Source: Octopus vulgaris (Eukaryota). From it: DNA of 62,000 bases. The stretch spans positions 189,740,001 through 189,802,000 of the forward strand of contig OX597815.1 in the NCBI GenBank assembly GCA_951406725.2, in the 5' to 3' direction. Position 1 is the first letter of the stretch, and the number at the start of each line of letters is the position of its first letter. Shown here in pieces: positions 50,666 through 62,000 of this stretch. The notes under the pieces are model-generated. The model ran no database searches. It had not been told where the DNA came from and saw only the letters and a list, made by a program, of their open reading frames with translations. The position numbers and the translations under genes were made by a program.

Positions 50666-52358
50666 AATAATAAAGATAAAATTAAATAAAGAGATAGTCT
50701 ATTGACATTCAATAATTTATTTATACTACAATATTACATTAAATACCATCAATATATATAAGTCAAAACAATTTGTTGGCCTTTTACAGATTTTATAATT
50801 ATTTATATAATATTGTTATGTTATATATTATATTCAGAGTATTTAATATAATAATGTAATATAAATAAATTATTGAATATCAATAGAATATATCTATATT
50901 TAATTTATCTTTATACTTTGAGTTATATTTTTAGTTCAGGTGTACTTCAGAATTTTGAAAAGAATTCAGGTGTGCTGCAATTGAAAAAAGTTTGTGGGAC
51001 ATTGGTCTAAACTACAGACTGAAATGGTTCAGATTTTATATTCGGCTTTTAAGATGATACTGGGGATTGGGCTGATATTTTTAAGGTTCAGATGTGATTC
51101 ATAAGAAAACACAATGTTTCTAAACCTAACTTGAAGCTGTTATTTATACATGCAATGGAGTAAAAAAATTAGACAAAAAATAAATATTCTTACCAAATTT
51201 ACTCAATATGTACAGGAAAATAAAAAGAGAACTTTAAAAAGTAGTATCTCAAACATTGCACTAAAATGGTAAAACTTTTTGAAATTAGAAGAAAGAGGAA
51301 ACATTCCTTGATTATTTATTCCAAAACGAGTGTTGCATATAATATTATCAAAGATAAAAGGCTTTACAAAACTTTAAGCAAACAACAAATGGAAGACAAT
51401 TTAAACAAAATCCAGGCACATTTGATATGTAATGGACGTTTAGTATGTTGCATACTTGAAATAATTTTGGCTAATATTGCATTTCATTTGACGATATTCA
51501 AACAAAATTTTAATAATTTTGGCATTTTAAATTTAACTTGTGATTTGAAATAAAAACTCCATATTAGATTCATGTGTGTGTGTATATATATATATATATA
51601 CATACAACGGGCTTCTTTCAGTTTCTGTCTACCAAATCCACTCACAAGGCTTTGGTTGGCCCGAGGCTACAGTAGGAGACATGTGCCCAAGGTGCCACGC
51701 AGTGGGACTGAACCCAGAACCATCTAATTCACAAGCAAGCTCCTTACCACACAGCCACTCCTACGTCTATATTACAGTTTATATTTTTTTAATAGTATCT
51801 TATTTTCTATATTCCTTTGTATTTGATTTGTGGTTTTGTTAAAGCAAAGGTAAAGTAGAAAGATTTAGAATTTTGTGGATACAGTTTAATTGTGGGGAAG
51901 ATGGTGAAAAAGCCATACGTAGAATTTAATTTGCTCTCCATGATGTCTGCATATCGGAATCATGTGCCTACTTCATTTTTGTATTTGTTTTGAAAGATTC
52001 TTGATATGAGATTATCTAATGAAACGGTTGTTATATCTGAAAAGGGTCACTTTGTCAATAAAAATGATCTGGATTGCACTTGTTTGCATTATTTTAATTA
52101 TAATTATAATTAAAATGGCAGACATGTTAGAGCATTGGGGAAACTTACTTTGTGGTATTTTTTTCAACTCCTAATGTTTTGAGTTCGAGTTCTGCCAAAA
52201 TCATGTTTGCATTTCAACTTATGTATTGATAAATTAACTAGAATTTAATTGCTGCAATCAATGTAATTACCTTCTTCTCTCCTCTCAGAATTGCTGGCTC
52301 TGTGCCAAATTGAGAAAGCATTATTAGTAGTAAATGTGGTAATGTATATGTATGTATG

Positions 52359-52456
<98 letters not shown>

Positions 52457-52467
52457 TGTATAATAAT

Positions 52468-52643
52468 AATATTAGGGAGTATAACTCCAAACTTACAGGG
52501 AAAAATTCAATTTAGTATTAAATCAAATTTCACAATATAAATATATCAAATATAAATTAGAGATAAAACCACTATCTTTATTATTATTTAAATAATATTT
52601 TTTGAGTTGCATAATAGTGGTTTTATCTCTAATTTATATTATA

Positions 52644-52645
<2 letters not shown>
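52468..52645 (+). repeat. Foldback element, same family, with short arms and an unpaired centre
   Basis: Head tattaggga...cagggaaaaat followed by atataaattagagataaaaccactat / atagtggttttatctctaatttatat. Confidence 0.75.
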
Positions 52646-52677
<32 letters not shown>

Positions 52678-52699
52678 ACAGACAGAGTCAACAACTATT

Positions 52700-53160
52700 G
52701 TAAAGGTTGCAAGATGCAATGAAAATATTAGAAAAATAAATAAATAAATAAGTGGAAACTTTACCAGTGAGTGTGTTTAATTATAAGGCACTAAAAGAGA
52801 ACGACTCTCCCCAGACACAACAGATTATGCTTCAACACAGGAACTCACATAAAAAATCTTGCAAACCAAATCCAAAGACGAAAAATTGAGGTCAAGATAT
52901 TTGGAGACGAGTTCTGTGGGGGCAGAAACAATGGGGCCACCAGGGCTGTTGGGTTTGTGTATTTTGGGAAGGAAATAGATGGTGGAGGTAGAGAGTATTT
53001 GGACAATGAGATGTGTGGCTGTAGATGGGGGTGGCAGAAGAGGAAAGAGGTCATGTATGTTGGAGGACACACTCTGCTGGTAGGAGGGGTTGGGGTCCAA
53101 GAGAAGTAGGTGATAGATTATGGCAACAGACGTTGTGAAGGGTAACCGATTCAGCCAGGG
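52700..53160 (-). mobile_element. Penelope-like retroelement fragment (RT N-terminus plus pLTR-like end)
   Basis: IYFLPKIHKPNSPGGPIVSAPTELVSKYLD matches the PLE RT motif YFLPKIHK...GRPIVS...TE..S..LD. 52700-52870 is shared with 15440-15745. Confidence 0.8.
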
Positions 53161-53315
53161 TGATGTTGGTCCAGAGGATAAATATATCTAAAGATATCTT
53201 TTACATTATTTTATTTTATTTTTTATTTTTATTTTATCTAGTTTCAGCTCACGAGCTGTGGCCATGCTGGGGCACCGCCATTTATATATACATATATATA
53301 TTTAATATATTTTTA

Positions 53316-53509
53316 AACAATACTCTGTTTTTGTCCATTACTGATTTTATGGTACACTTTTCAATGAAAGAACAGCACATTCTGCTGCTGGAGAATTGAG
53401 TTCTTCCTATTTGTGGAATTAATCTTTAACAGCCTTAAGCCATCCCCAAAGAGGATGTTTCCCATACAATTGTAACTAAATATTATGGTGTTTTTATTAA
53501 ACAGCATGT
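53316..53509 (-). mobile_element. Penelope-like fragment, inverted partner of 54222-54415
   Basis: MLFNKNTIIFSYNCMGNI matches the PLE linker motif FN.NT.K.SYSCM.N. Confidence 0.75.
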
Positions 53510-53524
53510 ATGTATATGTATGTA

Positions 53525-53568
<44 letters not shown>

Positions 53569-53589
53569 CCCACACACATTCTTATATTC

Positions 53590-53940
53590 TTTTATTTGTT
53601 TCAGTCATTTGACTACAGCCATGCTGGAGCACCGCCTTTAGTCAAACAAATCGACCCCAGGACTTATTCTTTGTAAGCCTAGTACTTATTCTATCGGTCT
53701 CTCTTGCCATTGTAAACACACTAGCATCGGTTGTCAAGCAATGTTGGGGGGACAAACACAAACATATACATACATATATATACGATGGACTTTCAGTTTC
53801 CATCTACCAAATCTATTCACAAGGTTTTGGTCAACCTGAGGCTATAGTAGAAGACACTTGCCCAAGGTAACACACAGTGGGACCGAACCCGGAACCATGC
53901 AGTTTGTAAGCAAGCTACTTACCACACAGCCGCTCCTGTG
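53590..53940 (-). mobile_element. SINE family A, full length
   Basis: Reverse-complement match. Confidence 0.85.
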
Positions 53941-54221
53941 CCTATATTTATTCAAAAAATTCTTGTTATCTATCTACAGCTATAAAAAAATCTAGTAATA
54001 TTAGTAGAAAAAAATCCAATATCTTTTTAAAAAAATATATTTACTCTTCATTATATTATTATGAAGTTGTTCTAAGAAAAATTTGATTTAAGTTGAAATC
54101 TATAGAATAAAAGAGAAAAGAAAAATTATCTTCTTACCCCAAACCTTTTGCTGAAATGTAACGTCTAACAGAAATTTTCTGGTGTTGATCGAAAAGATTA
54201 TTTTCAATAACTTCACACAAC

Positions 54222-54415
54222 ACATGCTGTTTAATAAAAACACCATAAGATTTAGTTACAGTTGTATGGGAAACATACTTTCTGGAGATGGCTCGAGGCT
54301 ATTAAAGATTAATTCCACAAATAGGAAGAAATCAATTCTCCAGCAGCACAATGTACTCTTCTTTCATTGAAGAGTGCACCACAAAATCAGTAATGGGCAA
54401 AAACAGAGTATTGTT
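54222..54415 (+). mobile_element. Penelope-like fragment, inverted partner of 53316-53509
   Basis: MLFNKNTIRFSYSCMGNI; near-identical reverse complement of the left copy. Confidence 0.75.
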
Positions 54416-55557
54416 AAAAGATATCTTTAAGAATTATTATATAAGATCACAGAAAAACCTTCTTAAGAACAGACACAGTTAACATACTCACTCTTTAAAA
54501 TGGAAACAAAAGAAATTTCACATTATTATCTGACTTCATTTTTATGTAGTCCTTTTGAGAAAGTCAACAAAAGACAAGAGTCAGTATCAAAGTGTAAACA
54601 CAAGAGAAAATATTTTTTGAAGGAGCATTTCATCATCATTACCACCATCACTATCACCACTACCACCACCACCAACATCATCATCATCATCATCTAATGT
54701 CCATTTTTCATGTTGGCATGGCTTTGACAGTTTGGCAGTAGCTGGCAAGGCTGAGAGCCATACATGGTTCCATTGTCCATTGTAGTATGATTTCTACAGC
54801 TGGATGCACTTCCTAACATGAACCACTTTACAGTGTACTGGATGCTTTTTACATGGCCTCAGAAACCGTGCTTTTTACGTGGCATCAGTATGAATGCATT
54901 TTATGTGGCAACATCACCAGCAGAGCCACCAAGTGTCTTGTAAGACAAAACGGGTGGGGAAAAAACCCTCAACTGAGAGGGGTAAGTAGTATGGCTTTTG
55001 ACAGTTATGAGATTAAAGGTACAAAGGGACAGAGATAGGTGTCTTGCAATAGATACATGGATACCCCAGTTGGAAAGGAAAGGAGAGTTAGTGAGCAAGA
55101 TAAAGAGAACAACAGTGAGAGAGATAATAAATAATAGGTAATAAATTAATTTATTTATCCAATTTACATCGATTTTTTTTTTGTTGATTATTATAAGTAG
55201 ACATCACAAAAATTTTTTTCCAGAAATAGCATAAAAAATTGGATTAAGCCTTGGCAGCTTGGCTGATTTGGGCAATAGGGTAGGGGTTCAAAAAATAAAA
55301 AATAAATAGGTCAATAATCATTAAAAAAAAGGAAACATGCTTTGTATGCAAGCAAGGCAGTCAAAAACGTATATAAAAAGTAAATCTCTTTAAGTCTGGA
55401 AATATAAAATATTACAAATGTTATAAATAATGTAGGTCTATAAAATAAAGTTTATAAATGAGTTTGGTTTGGAAGAAGGTGAGTTTTTAATGATTTTGTT
55501 TGAAATTGGACAACCAAAAAATGTTTTTTAGCTTTTGTGGTAAAATATTAATCCATA

Positions 55558-56005
55558 GGTGCAGGAGTGGCTGTGTGGTAAGTAGCTTGCTAACCAACCA
55601 CATGGTTCCAGGTTCAGTCCCACTGTGTGGCAGAAGACACATGTCCAGGTTTAGTCCCACTGTGTGGCATCTTGGGCAGGTGTCTTCTGCTATAGCCCCG
55701 GGCCGACCAATGCCTTGTGAGTGGATTTGGTAGACGGAAACTGAAAGAAGCCTGTTGTATATATATGTATATATATATATATGCGTATGTGTGTGTTTGC
55801 GTATCTGTGTTTGTCCCCCTAGCATTGCTTGACAACCGATGCTGGTGTGTTTACGTCCCTGCCACTTAGTGGTTCAGCACAAGAGACCGATAGAATAAGT
55901 ACTGGGCTTACAAAAAATAAATCCCGGGGTCGATTTGCTCGACTAAAGGTGGTGCTCCAGCATGGCTGCACTCAAATGACTGAAACAAGTAAAAGAGTAA
56001 AAGAG
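55558..56005 (+). mobile_element. SINE family A with an internal duplication of the B-box region
   Basis: ggtt(c/t)agtcccactgtgtggca occurs at ~55611 and ~55648. Confidence 0.85.
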
Positions 56006-56128
56006 CTATGTTAATACTGTTATAAATGAAGCTTTTTTTTGCAAAATAATACTCAACAAAAGGGCATTTCAAAATTTAAATCAGCGATACGTCTTGTTTG
56101 GTAGTTATGAAGGAGAGAACGACAACAG

Positions 56129-57489
56129 ATAATTTTAGTATCTTATACAATATAGGGATGGAGAATATAGAAATAATTTCAAATTTTTATTTAAATATAA
56201 ATCAAATTAATATAAAATTATAGTTAATTAGTAAATAGTAATTTATTGGTATTAATGAGTTAAATTAAAGGAATATGCTAAACATTTCAGGCACGTAAAA
56301 AGCACCATCCGATCATGGCCGTTTACCAGCCTTGTCTGGCACCTGTGCGGGTGGCACGTAAAAAGCACCCACTACACTCACGGAGTGGTTGGCGTTTGGA
56401 AGGGCATCCAGCCGTAGAAACACTGCCAGATCAGACTGGGCCTGGTGCAGCCTACTGGCTTCCCAGACCCCAGTTGAACCATCCAACCCATGCCAGAATG
56501 GAAAACGGACGTTAAACAATGATGATGAAGATGATGATGATGATGCTAATGACTTTAGAATATATTTACTTGTGTTATGAAATAGATAGTGAATTATAAC
56601 AGTATGGTTCTGTATAGGTTGAGTGTGAACCCAATAGAAAATGTATTATCAGTAAGATGATATAGTGGGTAAATGAGATAAAATGGTTTAAAATTTCAGT
56701 GAAGGAAATTTAAATAAGTGAATTGAAAAATAAAATTATTGTAGAATATTGTAGATAAGGGGTAGATAAGGATTTGTGTTCTAAAAACTTATTATAGAAA
56801 ATACCCAGCTTATTTATAATAGGTGAGGTAAGCCGCTATAAGAAAATACCTAATAATTACATTATAATTTTATAATCACTAGATTAAAATTAATATTTCC
56901 TTATCATGGGAGTTGTCGTGTAAGATTAGTGTTTAATATCGGGTGAAGAAATGATCAAACTATTGGTTAAAAATTATATTATCAATAAGAATTTTATAGA
57001 AATAGAGACTACATAACCCAGATAATATTATCTATTCTTTATCAAGTTTTGAATATTAATTTGGGGGATTTAGAAGAACTTTTTATGAGAATATTCTTAG
57101 TAAATAAGGTATTAATTGGCACACATATCAAAAACTTTCAAATATAATGAAAGGGAGGCAACAAAGATGAACGTTCCTACAATTAGGAATATTTAAATTT
57201 AGTATTTAAGAATGAAGTGTGGTTTATATGGGACATAATAATTTAGGCTAGTTAGATGTAATATTTATTAAAAAAATGTATATCATCACTATAACACATT
57301 CTAAAGTCATTAACATGTAGAAAATATATGAAATGTTTAGCATATTCCTTTAATTTAACTCATTAATACCAATAAATTACTATTTACTAATCAACTATAA
57401 ATTTATATTAATTTGATTTATATTTATATAAAAATATGAAATCATTTCTATATTCTCCATCCCTATATTGTATAAGATACTAAAATTAT
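56129..57489. mobile_element. Decayed Penelope-like element with inverted terminal arms, interrupted by a SINE
   Basis: 56129-56289 is the reverse complement of 57329-57489; the arm resumes at ~56541-56560 versus 57297-57316 after the insert. Homologous to 6660-6950. Confidence 0.6.
56290..56545 (+). mobile_element. Family D retroelement inside a Penelope-like arm
   Basis: Interrupts only the left arm of the 56129/57489 inverted repeat. Further copies at ~54640-54920 and 59790-59995. Confidence 0.85.
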
Positions 57490-58220
57490 TCGAATTTTTT
57501 TGAAAGAACTATCTAAAATACACCTATTTATTTCAAATCACAATTAGGATTATGGCTATTAAATAGTTAAGTATTAGAAGTTTCTATTCTCCCTACCCCA
57601 TCAGCTTTAGCCTACTAATTTTAGCTGAAATCTATTCAACTGAACCAAACTGAGTTCTTCAAAGAGAACTTGATTTATGGCTCTGCCACTTAAACTGTCT
57701 CTTCTTCTATCTATAAAAGAAAGATTCTTGTTTTTGTCTCCACTACACCTGATGGAATAGTATTAAACCCCCTCCTCCATTAGTAAAGCTAAATAGCAAA
57801 GTAAGCAGTATCTCCATGAAAAAAATATTAATTTCTACCATGTTTCTGTTGATGAAACGTGTTTCTCTGTCTACCTACTTACCCTCTTTGTGATGTTGGT
57901 AAATGGAATAAGTATAAAAATGAATCTTTTCAATTTAACTAAATTCTATATTTATATGCAGCTGAAGATTGCTCTACATTTTAAAACTGATGTAATACTT
58001 GCATTGTTTAATTGAATGGAGTTGCATGAAACGATCGTACTGCATTACCTTTGGATATCCTTGTTGCTTATTTTGGATATATATATATATATATATTGTT
58101 AAACAAAAGTAATTTTGGGTGAGGATTGTTTATTTTGGGAGTCTTTCATGATTTATGAATATAGATGATGGTGAAACTTCCAAATACAAATGAGATACTT
58201 TCTCACTTGTGCCTAAAAAT

Positions 58221-58222
58221 AC

Positions 58223-58295
<73 letters not shown>

Positions 58296-58318
58296 TGCTG
58301 TTGCTGCTGCTGCTGCTG

Positions 58319-58376
<58 letters not shown>
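58221..58376. repeat. (ACT)n(GCT)n(ACT)n compound trinucleotide repeat
   Basis: Visible directly. Confidence 0.95.
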
Positions 58377-58379
58377 ACC

Positions 58380-58806
58380 CAGTGCTGGATTAACCATTAA
58401 GCAAAAAAAACACGTGTTTATAGTATCAAGGGAAGGTAGGGGCACCTCAGAAATGGTAAATGGTTCACGGCACAAAAGAAATCACTTTAAACTTGCTAAA
58501 ATAATATTCGAGATGCCTTTATCTCTGCTAAGTATAGATGCAGATGTGTTACCTAAGATTAATTTTGAGGATCTGATCAAAGACTTTGCAATTCAAAAAA
58601 GTAGGAGCAAACTTTTCAAATAGAAATAAAGTGGAAGTAGACAAAACTAAACATTATTTTCCCTTCTTACTGTTTTCTTTCATTTTGGAAAATAAAAATT
58701 TATTTTATGGTTTGTTATTGTTTATATTTTGAATTACATAATCTTTTATGGGGGCATCAAAATCTTTTGAGTGTTTAGGGCCTTGATGGATCTTAATCTG
58801 GCCCTG
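58380..58806 (+). mobile_element. Internally deleted hAT element retaining the transposase C-terminus
   Basis: TIRs CAGTGCTGGATTAA / TTAATCTGGCCCTG; 8-bp TSD actacacc / actatacc; LSLLSIDADVLPKINFEDLIKDFAIQKSRSKLF resembles the end of the hAT dimerisation domain. Confidence 0.8.
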
Positions 58807-59344
58807 ACTATACCCCACTTCTATGTATCAATACTGAATTATTGAACCAAAAGGAAGCTTCTGTGGGGGAAGCTTATAATCATAAGTTTGTGTGATTAAT
58901 ACCAGCCTAGAAGTAAACAAAAATAATAACACTTAATTATAATTAATTTTTGTCACAGCAAACTAATTGTATTAAACTAATGATAGCTGTGTAATGAAAG
59001 TCTAAACTTAAACTTAATCACCTGAAGATTTGAAAAGAACCTGAGAAGTAATGCAGTGAAGCCTTAGCTTAAAATACAGTAAATTAGTGAATATATTTTT
59101 CTTGCTTGTCCACAGAATTGTGTGTGTGTGTGTGTGTGTGTGTGCATGAATGAGTGTATGTGTGTGTGTCTGCATGTGTGAGTGTGTGCATGTGTGTGTG
59201 TATGTGCATGTGTGTGTGTGTGTATAACAGAAAGGAATAAGAATTTGAAATCTGGGTAGGTACCTAATGAGCACTCTAACGAAATCCAAATCTGGCTAAC
59301 CACATCGAATGATAGGGAACATACAGAATCGTTTAAGATAAAAC

Positions 59345-59526
59345 AATTACATTGTACTTTATTTACATCATTTACATTTGATGGATATTTGTCATCATTT
59401 AGTTTGTTGTTAACACGTTTCCACTGATATACCCTCCAGCCTTCATCAGGTGTCTTGGGGAAATTTTGAACCTGGGTTTTCATTCCTATTATTATTATTA
59501 TCATTATTATTATTATAATAATAATA

Positions 59527-59569
<43 letters not shown>

Positions 59570-59655
59570 CCACTGCCTGGAATCAAACTCGGAATCTTGG
59601 GGTTTGTAGCCCACACTCTTAACCACTATGCCATATGCTCATGGGCATAATAATG

Positions 59656-59688
<33 letters not shown>

Positions 59689-60070
59689 TCAAAAAATACT
59701 TTAAGAATGAGAACCCAGGTTCGAAATTTCTCCAAGACATCTGATGAAGGCTGGAGGGTATATTAACCGGAACGTGTTAACAACAAACAAGATCATCATC
59801 ATCATCATCATCGTTTAACGTCCGCTTTCCATGCTAGCATGGGTTGGACGATTTGACTGAAGACTGGTGAACCAGATGGCTGCACCAGGCTGCTCCAATC
59901 TTGATCTGGCAGAGATTCTACAGCTGGATGCCCTTCCTAACGCCAACCACTCCGAGAGTGTAGCGCGTGCTTTTTACGTGCCACCAGCACAAGGAGGACA
60001 AATATCCGTCAAATGTAAATAATGTAAATAATGTACATAATTCCTCATCTCTTAAATATAGAACTGCACA
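59345..60070. mobile_element. Inverted pair of Penelope-like pLTR fragments with nested SINEs and (ATT)n
   Basis: ~59350-59490 (-) mirrors ~59710-60040 (+). Both carry CUGAUGA-aggctgg...GAAAC hammerhead-like remnants with a damaged stem II. Confidence 0.55.
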
Positions 60071-60562
60071 TGGTACTTCACTTGATAGGTAAATACTGAG
60101 TTTGCTTTATTGGATTTCACGCAGCATAGAGAGTACAAAGTACAGAGTACAGAGTACAGAGTATAATAAAGACATCATAGACAAAAACGAGCGCTATTAC
60201 ACATCTTCAAAATTTGTTTATTACAGTGTTATTCTCAATAAATTCCAATCCATGTTTTGACTTTAAGAGTCCCTCATAGCGTGAGGCATTTATGTGTAGT
60301 AATGCCCTTAATAAATAAATAAAAATATTACAATGTATATGTATGTACGTGTGTATGTGAGCATATATGTATTTGTGTATATGTATTTGTGTGTGCTTGT
60401 ATGTGTGTGTGTGTGTGTGTGTTTTGAAATTGAATGCTACAATTTTACTCCAAGTTTCTCACCAGTGATGTGCCTGAAGGCAGCTACAAGTATATAATTT
60501 GATGTGAATAAACATCAAAAGGCTTCAAACATCAAATTCGGTTGCACTAATTTAATTAGTTT

Positions 60563-60595
<33 letters not shown>

Positions 60596-60785
60596 GTAGT
60601 TTTTTTTTGTTTGTTTTGTTTTTACACATTGTGAGATTTGATCTCTTCAGTCATGTGTGATATGAAACTGCTTGACAATTTCCACAACCAATCGACTCAT
60701 TCTCCCTCCAACCCTGTCCTACACTCCTCTCTCTCTCTCTCTATCTTTCTCTCTGTCTCTATTTTTACCAGCAAACAATTCTTAC

Positions 60786-60852
60786 CTGAATAATTTCTCT
60801 TAAGTGTCAGATGCAGCTGAAAATGTTTTGTACCTTGCTCAAGGAATCGCAC
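60786..60852 (-). CDS. Candidate internal exon (67 nt, phase 0 to 1), VRFLEQGTKHFQLHLTLKRNYS; product unknown
   Basis: Donor CAG|gtaaga. The acceptor is the first AG after a (CT)n tract, with ~150 nt free of AG upstream. Open frame. A shorter acceptor at 60816 (ttttcag) is in the same phase. Confidence 0.4.
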
Positions 60853-61182
60853 CTTATCCAATTCAGCCACAGCAGTTTTTGTTTTTTTTGACAATAATAA
60901 TAGAGTTATAGTAGCCGAACAATTGATACAGTTACAGAGAGAGAGTGAGAGAGAGAGAGAGAGAGAGAGAAATAAACCAATTATCGTACAATATTAGTTT
61001 TAGGAACTAAATAGAAATTAAGTATTTACAGGCCGAAGAAATACCAAATAAAACATTAATTTCTTCTTAAATATATACACATGTATATACACACATATAT
61101 ATATGTATATACACACACATATATATATATATGTATATACATGTATATACACATATATACATATATATATATATATACACAT

Positions 61183-61592
61183 AGGCGCAGGAGTGGCTGT
61201 GTGGTAAGTAGCTTGCTAACCAACCACATGGTTCCGGGTTCAGTCCTACTGCGTGGCATCTTGGGCAAGTGTCTTCTGCTATAGCCCCGGGCCGACCAAT
61301 GCCTTGTGAGTGGATTTGGTAGATGGAAACTGAAAGAAGCCTGTCGTATATATGTATATATATATGTATGTGTGTGTGTGTGTATGTTTGTGTGTCTGTG
61401 TTTGTCCCCCAGGCATTGCTTGACAACCGATGCTGGTGTGTTTACGTCCCCGTCACTTAGCGGTTCGGCAAAAGAGACCGATAGAATAAGTACTGGGCTT
61501 ACAAAGAATAAGTCCCGGGGTCGATTTGATCGACTAAAAAAAAGGCGGTGCTCCAGCATGGCCGCAGTCAAATGACTGAAACAAGTAAAAGA
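61183..61592 (+). mobile_element. SINE family A, full length (young)
   Basis: Intact head, spacer and tail. Further partial copies at ~9457, 15790, 22850, 35140, 36955 and 51575. Confidence 0.9.
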
Positions 61593-61633
61593 GAAAAAGA
61601 GAAATACATATATAGATAGATAGATATAGCTAT

Positions 61634-61669
<36 letters not shown>

Positions 61670-61674
61670 ATAAA

Positions 61675-61913
61675 TATTAGGGAATGAATCCAAAATTACA
61701 GGGAAAAATCAGATTTAGGGTTAAATCCAATTTTATAGTAAAATATTATATAATATAATTCGAGACAAAACCACTATTTTAAAAACCAAACAAGGAAAGA
61801 CTTAATCAATACATAAAATTTTAATATAATTTATATTAAAATTTTATGTATTGATTAAGTCTTTCCTTGTTTGGTTTTTAAAATAGTGGTTTTGTCTCGA
61901 ATTATATTATATA
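61675..61913 (+). repeat. Foldback element, same family, with a perfect palindrome of 83-bp arms (61747-61913, centre 61830)
   Basis: Base-by-base reverse-complement match with a 1-nt centre, preceded by the family head. Confidence 0.9.
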
Positions 61914-62000
61914 TATATATATATATACATGCATATATATTTGTATCTATCAATCTGTCTATCAGTGTATTATGTATGTATATAATATATGTATGTATAT

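Noticed and set aside
51850-52080. Possible hAT/Charlie transposase N-terminal remnant
   Set aside because: Resemblance too weak and frame-broken to call.
54489-54550. Segment ending in a strong gtgagt donor on the - strand
   Set aside because: Stops in all three frames, including TAA.
57882-57937. Open phase 1 to 0 segment with a gtaagt donor
   Set aside because: Lies in a dispersed repeat whose inverted copy is at ~5680-5840.
58165-58623. 152-aa ORF with poly-T/poly-A tracts
   Set aside because: Chance fusion of a trinucleotide repeat with a hAT transposase remnant.

Overview
AT-rich eukaryotic DNA with no bacterial-type genes, rRNA, true tRNA genes or CRISPR arrays. The repeat repertoire points to an octopus (coleoid cephalopod) genome; this is an inference from several tRNA-derived SINE families, Penelope-like hairpin elements and very dense microsatellites. 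Most of the window is SINEs, decayed LINE/Penelope/DNA-transposon fragments, foldback palindromes and simple repeats. Most ORFs in the supplied track are translations of microsatellites or SINEs. Scattered short segments on the minus strand have canonical AG/GT ends and look like exons of one large gene I cannot name. They can be joined in two ways. The first is a stop-free model (60852-60786, 49594-49481, 32692-32560, 24079-24028) ending PRFLC*. The second is a longer in-phase chain (48337-48249, 40447-40406, 36911-36745, 32692-32560, 24079-24028, 18756 downward) in which 211 codons contain six TAG and no TAA/TGA, a hypothesis for UAG-to-UGG (Trp) rescue by A-to-I editing or readthrough. The best-supported notable feature is a complete type I hammerhead ribozyme at 34322-34403 (-). 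Also present are several core-variant hammerheads, a family of snap-back palindromes and a ~390-bp inverted duplication enclosing a candidate exon. All exon calls are unverified predictions made by eye, and most repeat boundaries are approximate.
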